IMG/VR virus record: IMGVR_UViG_3300022934_000004
Origin: a virus
Length of the DNA: 64,000 bases
Direction: 5' to 3' (one strand)
This document shows positions 37,500-47,264 of this stretch, piece by piece. Numbering within the stretch: the stretch's first letter is position 1; every line of letters begins with the position of its first letter. The position numbers and the translations under genes were made by a program. The notes below the pieces were generated by a model. It worked only from the letters and a program-made list of their open reading frames with translations. It searched no databases and was not told where the DNA came from.

Positions 37500-38531
37500 A
37501 TGGTGCAGAATCCTCTTGGTCAACATTTAGGAAATGAAAGCTTAAGACAGCTTAATATGGATAGTGATGAAGATGCTTTATATGGAACTAATTATTCTAG
37601 AGCGTTTGTCCACGGTGGCACATTCGATGCAGATTATGTACAGGAATGGTTTTACACTGGAGATTCAAATAATTACTTAGGATTAGCCGCTCCTCCCGGT
37701 CAAACGATATTCACATCAACTGGAATATCACTTTTTACTGTTCCAACTGGAGTCGTTGAAGTTTCTGCTGTATGTGTAGGTGGAGGCGGTGGTGCGGCCG
37801 GCACAGGTAGTAACAGAGGTGGCGCAGGAGGAGGTGGTGGAGGTTTAGCTTACGGCACCTTTGCAGTAACACCTGGAGAAACTTTGACAGTTGAAGTTGG
37901 AACAGGTGGTCAAGGTGGTAGTAGTAGAGCATCTGCTGGGCAAAATGGTCAGAACACATCTATTTCTAGAGGTGGTACATTGGTACTTGTTGGAGGCGGC
38001 GGCGGAGGTGGAAATATAGCAGGATCTTCAGGTACCCCACAAACCGCCAATGATGGCGATCCTGGAACATCAAGTGGAACTGAAAGAGACGGAGGGGGCA
38101 CCGGTGGTAGAGGTGGATATGCTTCATATAATAACGCAGGTGGAGCCGGCGGAGGAGCCGGTGGTTATTCAGGAAATGGTGGAAATGGCGCATATACAAA
38201 CAGTAACACCGGAGGGCAATCAGGTTCAGGTGGAGGAGGATCGGGTGGAACAGTCATTTCTTCAGCTTGTGGCGGAGGAGGAGGCGTAGGCCTTTTGGGT
38301 GAAGGAGCTTCTGGGTCATTACCTGGCGCTGGTCTAGGTGGAAGAGGAGGATCAGGTGGTGCTAATGGAACTGTGGGAAATTCAAACTCTAATGGTGGAG
38401 CATACGGAGGCGGTGGAGGTGCTGATGATGATGATTATACCGGAGCCGGTGGAGACGGCGGCCAAGGAGGAGCTAGAATTATTTGGGGAGTTGGCAGAGC
38501 GTATCCTTCAACTGGTACCGCAGACGTATAA
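37500..38531 (+). CDS. Glycine-rich fibre-tip/adhesin-like protein
   Basis: FTVPTGVVEVSAVCVGGGGG...VTPGETLTVEVG, polyglycine tracts and terminal GGARIIWG...YPST. Confidence 0.65.
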   Translation: MVQNPLGQHLGNESLRQLNMDSDEDALYGTNYSRAFVHGGTFDADYVQEWFYTGDSNNYLGLAAPPGQTIFTSTGISLFTVPTGVVEVSAVCVGGGGGAAGTGSNRGGAGGGGGGLAYGTFAVTPGETLTVEVGTGGQGGSSRASAGQNGQNTSISRGGTLVLVGGGGGGGNIAGSSGTPQTANDGDPGTSSGTERDGGGTGGRGGYASYNNAGGAGGGAGGYSGNGGNGAYTNSNTGGQSGSGGGGSGGTVISSACGGGGGVGLLGEGASGSLPGAGLGGRGGSGGANGTVGNSNSNGGAYGGGGGADDDDYTGAGGDGGQGGARIIWGVGRAYPSTGTADV

Positions 38532-38537
38532 TAAATA
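38530..38537 (+). promoter_or_regulatory. Possible late promoter variant AATAAATA
   Basis: One mismatch to consensus; 22 nt upstream of the ATG at 38560. Confidence 0.45.
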
Positions 38538-38559
38538 GTTTAAAAATAAGGTTTATATT

Positions 38560-41148
38560 ATGAAAATTGCATTTATTGACCCTTTAGGCTTAGTATATGA
38601 TGGTGATACACTTAGTAAACGTGGACTAGGTGGATCCGAATATGCAGTAGTAATGATGTCAAGAGAACTTCAAAAAATTGGATTTGAAGTTACTGTATTT
38701 AATAATTGTAATGATGAAACTTCTTCATCTGGAATCTATGATAATGTGAGATATGTCGATCATAGTGAAGCAGATTTCAGCGAAAGATTTGATATCACTA
38801 TAGTTTCTAGAACAACAATTCCTTTTCTTGAACCCCAAAGATATCATCACATGGTTATGGCTTCAAAGTACAGAGTAATGTGGTTACATGATACTTTTGC
38901 TTGGGGCGATGAATCAATACCGAACTTATTGGAAACTGGAGTAATACACCAGTTATTTACTTTATCCGATTTCCACACAGTATATACTACAACAAGTGAC
39001 CACTTTAACATTAAAAGAATGTTTGAAGTGATGAAACCTTATATTTTTCAAACTAGAAATGGCGCAACTAAGCATATAGATGAGGTTGATATATCTCAGA
39101 AAGATAAAAATCATTTTGTATATGCATCTGCTGTAACTAAAGGTCTTAATCCTTTATTACAATTAATTTGGCCAAAAGTAAAGGAAAAAATACCTGATGC
39201 AAGACTAACAGTAGTAGGTGGATTTTACAAGTTTTCAGATAAAGCCGAGCCTGATAAACAAGAACAAGATTTAATTCGTTACCAAAAAGAATTTGAAAAT
39301 AGTAATTTAGATGTATCGTTTACTGGTGTAGTTTCACAACAAAAGGTGGCAGAAACAATTGCTAATGCTACCTTTATGTTATATCCAACTGAATATCCTG
39401 AAACATTTGGCATATCAACTTTAGAATCTCTTTTATATAAAACACCAGTTATTACAAATAATTTTGGTGCTTTAGAAGAAACAGCTATTGATTTAGCATG
39501 TTATAAAACTGATTATCCAATAGTTCCAAATGGATTATTTCCTTATATAAACGCAGAAGAACAATCTAAAAAATTTGTAGATTTAGTATTAGAAGCTTAT
39601 CATAATGATTATTTGCTTATGCAAAAACAAAATTATTGTGATGTAGTAAATGACATTTATTCATGGTCTACTATAGCATTACAATGGAAGCAACATTTTT
39701 ATAGAAAAGTTGAAGACTATTTACCAAAAATAGATTTTCAAAAAGTGAATAAAATTAATAAAGACGTAGCAAGAATCTATGGAAGAAAATTTGTAAATGA
39801 AGATGATTTAATTGTCCATCCTAAAATTGGAACAGAAAGAAGAATAATAGTCGTTTCTCCATTTAGAAATGCAAATGATTATGTTTATACTCACTGTAAA
39901 TCAGTTGAGCAGCAAGACTATAGTAATTATATTCATGTATTAATAGATGACGCATCAGAAGATACACCTATTATACCTGAAAATAAAAATAGAGCTGTGA
40001 TAAGAAATTCTAAAAGAGAAGGCTGTATTGCAAATCAATTAAAAGCTATTAGTAAGTTTGTTAAAAAAGATGACATCGTTATGTTTTTAGACGGTGATGA
40101 CTTTTTAGTTAGTAATAATACTTTATTTGATTATTATAATAGATTGTACGATGAAGGCTACGAATTTACATATGGATCTATGTGGAGTTTAGCTGATGAA
40201 ATTCCTTTGGTTGCTCAAGATTATCCTAAAAAGGTAAAAGAAAATAAAACTTATAGAGAGCATTTATTTAATTGGAAAATTCCTTATACTCATTTACGAA
40301 CAGTAAAAGGAGAATACTGTTTAGAATTAAATGAAGAAGTTTTTAAAGAAAATGGAAACTTTTTAATGAGTGGTATGGATAATCCATTATTTTATGAGTT
40401 AATTGAAAAGGTTCCACCCGAAAAAGTTAAAGCAGTAAAGGAAATAGTTTGTTACTATAATGATATAAATCCTTTAAATGATTATAAAGTAAATACAATA
40501 GAACAAAATAAAAATGCTTCTATTTCATATAAGAAAGACTCTGAATTGAAAAAAATATTAATTGCTATACCAACAAACAAAAATATTGAATCTGATACAT
40601 TTAAATCAATATATGATTTAAAAATTCCAGATGGATACAAAACACAATTAGAATTTTTTTATGGTTATCAAGTAGATCAAATAAGAAACTTAATAGCTGA
40701 ATGGGGTAAGAACTATGATTTTGTATTACATGTAGATTCAGATATAGTATTACCAAATGACACATTACAGAGATTAATATCATATGATAAAGATATTGTT
40801 TCTGGTGTTTATGTTCAAAGAAATGATGAAAATAGACCTGAAATATTTTTAGATAATCCTCAAACTGGAGGTTTAGACCATGCAATACTTGATGGATTGC
40901 CACATGGTTTAGTTCAAGTTGGTGGTTGTGGATTTGGTTGTGTGTTAGTTAAAGGTGAGGTTTATAGAGCATTAGAATATCCTCATTTCTTATATAAGTC
41001 TGCGATAGATCATAAAAATACAATATCTGAAGATACTTATTTTTGTCAAAAAGCTCGCGCGGCGGGGTTTGAAGTTTGGGCTGATACAAGTTTAATGTGT
41101 GATCATATTGGACAAAGAGTTTTTAGACCAACAAAATCTTATAAATAG
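38560..41148 (+). CDS. Three-domain glycosyltransferase (GT4-like GT-B plus two GT2-like GT-A domains)
   Basis: GLGGSE and YPETFGISTLES (GT4 ExFG-x4-E); VSPFRN, IDDAS and FLDGDD (GT2); ILIAIP, HVDSDI, GFGCVLVK and SEDTYFC (GT2-like). Confidence 0.85.
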   Translation: MKIAFIDPLGLVYDGDTLSKRGLGGSEYAVVMMSRELQKIGFEVTVFNNCNDETSSSGIYDNVRYVDHSEADFSERFDITIVSRTTIPFLEPQRYHHMVMASKYRVMWLHDTFAWGDESIPNLLETGVIHQLFTLSDFHTVYTTTSDHFNIKRMFEVMKPYIFQTRNGATKHIDEVDISQKDKNHFVYASAVTKGLNPLLQLIWPKVKEKIPDARLTVVGGFYKFSDKAEPDKQEQDLIRYQKEFENSNLDVSFTGVVSQQKVAETIANATFMLYPTEYPETFGISTLESLLYKTPVITNNFGALEETAIDLACYKTDYPIVPNGLFPYINAEEQSKKFVDLVLEAYHNDYLLMQKQNYCDVVNDIYSWSTIALQWKQHFYRKVEDYLPKIDFQKVNKINKDVARIYGRKFVNEDDLIVHPKIGTERRIIVVSPFRNANDYVYTHCKSVEQQDYSNYIHVLIDDASEDTPIIPENKNRAVIRNSKREGCIANQLKAISKFVKKDDIVMFLDGDDFLVSNNTLFDYYNRLYDEGYEFTYGSMWSLADEIPLVAQDYPKKVKENKTYREHLFNWKIPYTHLRTVKGEYCLELNEEVFKENGNFLMSGMDNPLFYELIEKVPPEKVKAVKEIVCYYNDINPLNDYKVNTIEQNKNASISYKKDSELKKILIAIPTNKNIESDTFKSIYDLKIPDGYKTQLEFFYGYQVDQIRNLIAEWGKNYDFVLHVDSDIVLPNDTLQRLISYDKDIVSGVYVQRNDENRPEIFLDNPQTGGLDHAILDGLPHGLVQVGGCGFGCVLVKGEVYRALEYPHFLYKSAIDHKNTISEDTYFCQKARAAGFEVWADTSLMCDHIGQRVFRPTKSYK
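41140..41147 (+). promoter_or_regulatory. T4-type late promoter TATAAATA
   Basis: Exact consensus upstream of gp13. Confidence 0.8.
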
Positions 41149-41176
41149 TCATAGATACTTTTAAGCGGAGAATACT

Positions 41177-41932
41177 ATGGCCAGTCCTGCAAGTAGAAAT
41201 GATTTAATTGATTATTGTTTAAGGAAATTAGGTGATCCTGTTATTGAAATCAATGTAGATGTTGATCAAATAGAAGATCGCGTTGATGAAGCAATTCAAT
41301 ACTATCAAGAATTTCATTCAGATGCTACATTTAAAACATACTTAAAACATCAAGTTACTGCAACTGATGTTAGCAATGAGTATATTCCTGTTTCTGCAGA
41401 TATACTTTATGTACAAAGACTTTTTCCTCTTTCAAGTTCCTTTAATAACTCAATGAATTTTTTTGATATTAAATATCAAATGATGTTAAATGACATAGCA
41501 GATTTACAAACCTGGGCAGGTGATTTAGTTTATTTTGAAATGATGCAACAATACTTATCTTTATTAGATATGAAATTAAATGGTGCTCCAATTGTTAATT
41601 TTGCTAGAAGACAAAATAGATTGTATATTCATGGAGATTTTGCAGATAAAGATATAAAAGAAGGTGATTATATTGTAGCTGAAGTTTATCAAACTGTAGA
41701 TCCTGATACTCATACTTCAGTTTATAATGATATGTGGCTAAAAAAATATACTACAGCATTAATAAAAAGACAATGGGGTGCTAACCTCATTAAATTTGAA
41801 GGAATGCAACTTCCAGGCGGTGTAACCATGAATGGTAGACAGATTTTTGAAGACGCTTTGACAGAAATAGAATCACTTGAAGAAAAAATTAGATTAGAAC
41901 ACGAACTTCCTCCAGCATTTTTTGTAGGTTAA
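41177..41932 (+). CDS. gp13: Neck protein gp13
   Basis: LIDYCLRKLGDPVIEINV...KRQWGANLIKFEGMQLPGGVTMNG. Confidence 0.93.
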   Translation: MASPASRNDLIDYCLRKLGDPVIEINVDVDQIEDRVDEAIQYYQEFHSDATFKTYLKHQVTATDVSNEYIPVSADILYVQRLFPLSSSFNNSMNFFDIKYQMMLNDIADLQTWAGDLVYFEMMQQYLSLLDMKLNGAPIVNFARRQNRLYIHGDFADKDIKEGDYIVAEVYQTVDPDTHTSVYNDMWLKKYTTALIKRQWGANLIKFEGMQLPGGVTMNGRQIFEDALTEIESLEEKIRLEHELPPAFFVG

Positions 41933-41933
41933 T

Positions 41934-42812
41934 ATGAGAAATCCATACTTCACTGACGGTAAACGTTCAGAACAAAACTTATATGAAGATATTGTCATAG
42001 AATCTTTAAAAATCTATGGTCAAGATTTATATTACTTACCTAGAGATACTGTAGCAGAAGATAGAATATTTGGTGACGAAGTTCCAGCAAGATACAATTC
42101 AAATTATAAAATTGAAATGTATATTGAGAATGTTGAAGGTTTTGATGGAGAAGGTGACTTATTTACTAGGTTTGGTGTTGAAATTAGAGATGAAGCTACA
42201 TTTATAGTTTCAAGAAGAAGATGGACACAAACTGTAGGTAGAGTTGATAATGAAATAAATTCTGTAAGACCTTTAGAAGGTGATTTAATTTATGTTCCAT
42301 TATCTCGTTCGTTATTTCAAATTATGCATGTTGAACATGAACAACCCTTTTATCAATTAAGTAATTTACCAGTTTATAAATTAAGAGCTCAACTATTCGA
42401 ATATAATGATGAAGATTTAGATACTGGCTTAGAAACGGTAGACAATATAGAAACTAAATATGCATACACTTATACATTAACAGTTTCAGATAATATTGCT
42501 GATGATGAAGATTTTGCTGCTGGCGATGTATTTACACAAGCATTAGCATCTACTACAATGAGAGGAGAGCTAGCAATATGGGATTTTGTTAACAATAAAA
42601 TATCACTGGTTCATGTAGGTGCGGATGACGGAGCTTATCATGAATTCATTCCTGGAAGTATTGTTAACACGAGAACAAATACAACTTATACTGTAACTGC
42701 TGTGTCAGAAGATAATAAGATTTCTAACAATGAACAAAATGATGATTTCCAAACTACATTTACAGACTTCTTAGACTTCAGTGAAGCAAACCCATTTGGA
42801 GATCCTAGCTAA
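41934..42812 (+). CDS. gp14: Neck protein gp14
   Basis: EQNLYEDIVIESLKIYGQDLYYLPR...EGDLIY...DFSEANPFG. Confidence 0.93.
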   Translation: MRNPYFTDGKRSEQNLYEDIVIESLKIYGQDLYYLPRDTVAEDRIFGDEVPARYNSNYKIEMYIENVEGFDGEGDLFTRFGVEIRDEATFIVSRRRWTQTVGRVDNEINSVRPLEGDLIYVPLSRSLFQIMHVEHEQPFYQLSNLPVYKLRAQLFEYNDEDLDTGLETVDNIETKYAYTYTLTVSDNIADDEDFAAGDVFTQALASTTMRGELAIWDFVNNKISLVHVGADDGAYHEFIPGSIVNTRTNTTYTVTAVSEDNKISNNEQNDDFQTTFTDFLDFSEANPFGDPS

Positions 42813-43603
42813 TGTTTAGTTATTTTTATCATCAAAAATTAAGAAAAAGTGTTGCTGTTTTTGGATCATTGTTTAATAACATATATGTTCTGAGAAAAAA
42901 TAGTAGTGGTGCAACAATAAGTCAAGTTAAAGTTCCTCTATCATATGCTCCAAAAAATAAGTATTTAGAAAGAATAAGAGAAGCACCTGACTTAGATACT
43001 GATACTACTCTAGCTTTAAAACTTCCTAGAATGTCATTTGAAATAACATCATTTCAATATGATGCTGAAAGAAAGCTTCCTAAGTTAAATAACTTTATGA
43101 GATATACTGATGAATTAAATGGAAATAGAGCAGAAAGATTTTTTACTCCAGCACCATATTTAATTAATTTTCAATTGAATGTGTATACTAAAACACAGGA
43201 TGATGCTTTACAAATTGTAGAACAAATTTTACCATACTTTAATCCACAATATACAATTACTGTAAAACCTTTTGAAAGTTTTCAAGATGTAAAAGAAGAT
43301 ATTCCTATTACTATCGTATCAACATCCTTTAGTGATGATTTTGAAGGAGCTTTGGAAGCTAGAAGAACAATTATTTATACTTTAGATTTTGAAATGAGAG
43401 TTTCATTTTATGGACCTATTGATGATTTAAATGTAATTAGACAAGCTACAGCGGAAGTTGATTTAATTAAAGAAGACTCTGATGCTAAAGCAGCAACTAT
43501 TGTTGTAGAACCTAACCCTATTGATTTAGATCCTTATGATGTAAGTGCAGATAGTGATTATGGATTCACTACTACAATTACTGAAGTAGGTGGTGTAGGA
43601 TAA
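42812..43603 (+). CDS. gp15: Tail sheath stabiliser/terminator gp15
   Basis: YFYH...FGSLFNNI...KVPLSYAPK...LPRMSFE...QIVEQILPYF. Confidence 0.93.
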   Translation: MFSYFYHQKLRKSVAVFGSLFNNIYVLRKNSSGATISQVKVPLSYAPKNKYLERIREAPDLDTDTTLALKLPRMSFEITSFQYDAERKLPKLNNFMRYTDELNGNRAERFFTPAPYLINFQLNVYTKTQDDALQIVEQILPYFNPQYTITVKPFESFQDVKEDIPITIVSTSFSDDFEGALEARRTIIYTLDFEMRVSFYGPIDDLNVIRQATAEVDLIKEDSDAKAATIVVEPNPIDLDPYDVSADSDYGFTTTITEVGGVG

Positions 43604-43607
43604 AATA

Positions 43608-43976
43608 ATGAATGATTCAGATAATGCAAGAAATGATTTTGAATTTACGAGACAAGTATATCACGATCTAATTAATAAACAATCAGCCGCTATTGAAGAC
43701 ATGATGGAAGTTGCTAGGAATACTGAACATCCTAGAGCATTTGAAGTTTTATCTCAAATGATAAAGCATGGTGCTGACATAAATGGTGACTTACTAGCAA
43801 TGCATAAAAAGAAAAAAGAGCATTTTAAAGTAGACGATAAAAAACAAATTGGTCACCAAACAAATAATCTTTTTGTAGGATCAACAACAGATTTGCAAAG
43901 ATTACTAAAAGATGCTAAGAAAGTGAAAGAATCCGATAATGTCATTGACATCACCGATAGATTTACAGAAGAATGA
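43608..43976 (+). CDS. gp16: Terminase small subunit
   Basis: DFEFTR...EHPRAFEV...NNLFVGSTTDLQRLL. Confidence 0.92.
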   Translation: MNDSDNARNDFEFTRQVYHDLINKQSAAIEDMMEVARNTEHPRAFEVLSQMIKHGADINGDLLAMHKKKKEHFKVDDKKQIGHQTNNLFVGSTTDLQRLLKDAKKVKESDNVIDITDRFTEE

Positions 43977-45558
43977 TCAGCATTACTTAGGAAATCCTAA
44001 TGTAAAGAAAGATGGTGTAGTTCAAAACTGGTCAGAAAACCAGATAAAAGAATACACCAAATGCATGGATGATCCAGTCTATTTTGCTAGAACATATTGT
44101 AAAGTTATTTCTCTTGATAGAGGATTAGTACCATTTGATCTATATCCATATCAAGAAGAAATGTTCTCTAGGTTTAACGAAAATAGATTTAGCATTGTTT
44201 TAGCCTGCCGTCAGTCAGGTAAGTCTATTTCTTCCGTTGCTTACTTATTATGGTATGCTATTTTCAATTCAGAAAAAACAATTGCTATTCTTGCTAATAA
44301 AGGCGCAACTTCACGAGAAATGCTGGCTAGAATCACTCTAATGCTCGAGAATCTCCCTTTCTTCTTACAGCCTGGATGTAAAGCATTAAATAAAGGCTCA
44401 ATTGAATTTTCAAATAATTCTAGAATAGTTGCTGCTGCGACATCGGGTTCATCTATTCGTGGTATGTCTGTTTCTTTATTGTATCTTGACGAATTTGCAT
44501 TTGTTGAAAACGATGCTACATTCTATACTTCAACATATCCTGTTATTTCATCAGGTATTGATACAAAAGTTATTATTACTTCTACAGCAAATGGTATTGG
44601 CAATGTATTCCATAAAATATGGGAAGGAGCCGAACAAGGAACAAACGAATATAAATCATTTAGAGTTGATTGGTGGAATGTTCCAGGACGTGATGAACAA
44701 TGGAAAGAACAAACAATTGCTAATACGTCTCAAATTCAATTTGATCAAGAATTTGGAAATACTTTCTTTGGTACCGGTGATACTTTAATTAATGCTGACA
44801 CATTATTAAAATTGAGAAGGAAAGAACCTATAATGGTTACACCAGAAGGTGTAAAGATATATGAAGAAACTGAAAAAACACATGACTATGTATTAATGGT
44901 AGATGTTGCGAAGGGAAGAGGACAGGACTTTAGTACATTTAATGTGATCGACATTAGCGTAAGGCCCTTTAAGCAGGTTGCTGTATATCGCAACAATCTT
45001 ATCTCTCCATTACTCTTCCCAAATATTATTTATAAATATGCAAATTCTTACAATGAAGCATTAATTGTTGTAGAATCAAATGATGTAGGAATGGTTGTTT
45101 GTAATGGATTATATCATGATTTAGAATATGAAAATATGTTTGTAGAATCCACTATAAAATCAGATTCTCTTGGAATTAATATGAATAGAAAAGTTAAAAG
45201 AATTGGCTGTTCATCTTTTAAAGATTTATTAGAAGAGAATAAACTAGATATTGTAGATGAAGATACTATTTTAGAAGTATCTACCTTTGTAGCAAAAGGA
45301 CAAAGCTTTGAAGCATCTGATGGTAATCATGATGATTTAGTAATGAATTTGGTTTTATTTGGTTATTTTGTTGGCACAAGTTATTTTGGAGAAGTTACCG
45401 ATATTAATATAAAGAAAATGATGTTTGAACAAAGAATGAGAGAAATAGAAGATAATATGGTACCATTTGGTTTTTATGATAATGGAATCGTTGAAGAAGC
45501 TGAGCCTTGGAAACCTGATGATCCTTGGCAAGTTAGAGAAGATCCGTGGGATATTTAA
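43939..45558 (+). CDS. gp17: Terminase large subunit
   Basis: YLGNPNVK, Walker A RQSGKS, Walker B LYLDEFAF, and nuclease motifs VDVAKGRGQD and HDDLVM. Confidence 0.96.
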   Translation: MSLTSPIDLQKNDQHYLGNPNVKKDGVVQNWSENQIKEYTKCMDDPVYFARTYCKVISLDRGLVPFDLYPYQEEMFSRFNENRFSIVLACRQSGKSISSVAYLLWYAIFNSEKTIAILANKGATSREMLARITLMLENLPFFLQPGCKALNKGSIEFSNNSRIVAAATSGSSIRGMSVSLLYLDEFAFVENDATFYTSTYPVISSGIDTKVIITSTANGIGNVFHKIWEGAEQGTNEYKSFRVDWWNVPGRDEQWKEQTIANTSQIQFDQEFGNTFFGTGDTLINADTLLKLRRKEPIMVTPEGVKIYEETEKTHDYVLMVDVAKGRGQDFSTFNVIDISVRPFKQVAVYRNNLISPLLFPNIIYKYANSYNEALIVVESNDVGMVVCNGLYHDLEYENMFVESTIKSDSLGINMNRKVKRIGCSSFKDLLEENKLDIVDEDTILEVSTFVAKGQSFEASDGNHDDLVMNLVLFGYFVGTSYFGEVTDINIKKMMFEQRMREIEDNMVPFGFYDNGIVEEAEPWKPDDPWQVREDPWDI

Positions 45559-45562
45559 TTTT

Positions 45563-45570
45563 TATAAATA
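45563..45570 (+). promoter_or_regulatory. T4-type late promoter TATAAATA
   Basis: Exact consensus upstream of gp18. Confidence 0.85.
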
Positions 45571-45635
45571 GTAATAATTGAAAATTCGTATCATGTAAAA
45601 ACTTATAATTAGAAAAATGGAAAAGGAAGAGACAT

Positions 45636-47252
45636 ATGGCATTCAATCCATCAGCGTCTCCAGCAGTCACGACAAGAGAAATTGACCTAACAAGTGTTGT
45701 TCCAGGAATTACTTCCCCTATTGGAGCATATGTAGGCGATTTCAATTGGGGTCCAGTTAGGGAACCAATTCTTGTAAGTGATGAAGGAGTACTCGTACAA
45801 AAATTTGGTGCCCCTGAAGCAACTAATTCCGTAGACTTCCACTCAGCCGCATATTACTTAAGGTACTCTTCAGATTTATATGTGGTTAGAGAAGCTACAG
45901 CTGCAGCAGTTAATGCTGTAGACGCAGGGACCGCCAGACAAATTAGAAACGAGGCACATTTTGATGTAAGCGAATCAGGCTTAGATTCAGATGGTGTTAG
46001 CCTCGCAGCTCGTTATCCAGGTACACTTGGTAACAGCTTAAAAGTTATTACAGCCGGACCAAACAATTTTACAAGTCAATTTGATTCAGCACAGCAAAGT
46101 CAATTTGATGCGGCACCGGATAGTAATGAAGTTCACGTTTTAGTTATTGACGAAGACGGTGAAATCACTGGTACCGCTGGTGAAGTGTTAGAAACATGGC
46201 AGTTCTTGTCAACTGTTTCTGGTACTAAAACAGCAGATGGTACTGACAATTATGCACCAAATGTTATCAATAATGGATCAAATTGGGTCTATGTGGTTGG
46301 AACATTAAGCGATAGCGTTAGTGCAAGCTTAGATTCTGGTGTTCAATCAGATTCTCTTACCACAAGTGAATATGCAACAGGGTTTGATTTATTTGAAGAT
46401 ATCGACACTACTACTGTTGATTTCTTAATCGCACCTAGCATGTCATCTGCTTCTAATCATAGAACAGTAGTAAATGATTTAGTAGCAATTGCACAAGACG
46501 GTAGACAAGATTGTATGGTGGTAGCATCGCCAAATAGAGCAGCGGTTGTAAATAATAGTGGTTCAGAAGTAACCGATACAACTACAGCACTAAATGGTTT
46601 AACAAGATCTTCATACTTAGCGGTAGATAATAACTTCCTAAAAGTATACGATAAATATAACGATCAATACATCTTTATTCCTGCTGCATCTTCTACAGCG
46701 GGTATTATGGCATCAACTGCTGTTAATGCAGCACCTTGGTTCTCACCAGCAGGATCAAGAAGAGGCCAGTATTTAGGTGTTACATCGTTAGCATACAGTG
46801 CTAATAAAACAGAGCGAGACACTCTATATAAAGCGGGTATCAATCCTGTAGCAAATATTCCTGGTGAAGGAATCTTGTTATATGGTGATAAAACTCATTT
46901 ATCTAGACCTTCTGCATTCGATAGAATTAATGTCCGTAGATTGTTCTTAGTTATTGAACGATCAATTGCGGCAGCAGCTAAGAATGTCTTGTTTGAATTT
47001 AATGACGAATTCACAAGAGCTGAGTTCGTAAGTATTGTTGAACCATTCTTGAGAGAAATTCAAGGTGGAAGAGGTATCACAGACTTTAGAGTTGTATGTG
47101 ATGAAACTAACAATACAGCAGCTGTAATTGACAGAAACGAATTTATTTCGAACCTTTTCATTAAACCAGCACGTTCTATTAACTTTGTCACTCTTAATTT
47201 TGTGGCTGCTAGAACCGGTGTTGCGTTTGAAGAAATCGTCGGTACAGTGTAG
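45636..47252 (+). CDS. gp18: Tail sheath protein
   Basis: SPAVTTREIDLT, ARYPGTLGN, WFSPAG, FDRINVRRLF and IKPARSINFV. Confidence 0.96.
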   Translation: MAFNPSASPAVTTREIDLTSVVPGITSPIGAYVGDFNWGPVREPILVSDEGVLVQKFGAPEATNSVDFHSAAYYLRYSSDLYVVREATAAAVNAVDAGTARQIRNEAHFDVSESGLDSDGVSLAARYPGTLGNSLKVITAGPNNFTSQFDSAQQSQFDAAPDSNEVHVLVIDEDGEITGTAGEVLETWQFLSTVSGTKTADGTDNYAPNVINNGSNWVYVVGTLSDSVSASLDSGVQSDSLTTSEYATGFDLFEDIDTTTVDFLIAPSMSSASNHRTVVNDLVAIAQDGRQDCMVVASPNRAAVVNNSGSEVTDTTTALNGLTRSSYLAVDNNFLKVYDKYNDQYIFIPAASSTAGIMASTAVNAAPWFSPAGSRRGQYLGVTSLAYSANKTERDTLYKAGINPVANIPGEGILLYGDKTHLSRPSAFDRINVRRLFLVIERSIAAAAKNVLFEFNDEFTRAEFVSIVEPFLREIQGGRGITDFRVVCDETNNTAAVIDRNEFISNLFIKPARSINFVTLNFVAARTGVAFEEIVGTV

Positions 47253-47264
47253 GGAGATTAGAAA

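Noticed and set aside
45031-45038. TATAAATA inside gp17 (and another at 63655-63662 inside gp62)
   Set aside because: Both lie in coding sequence of an AT-rich genome and can arise by chance, so they cannot be supported as promoters without TSS data.
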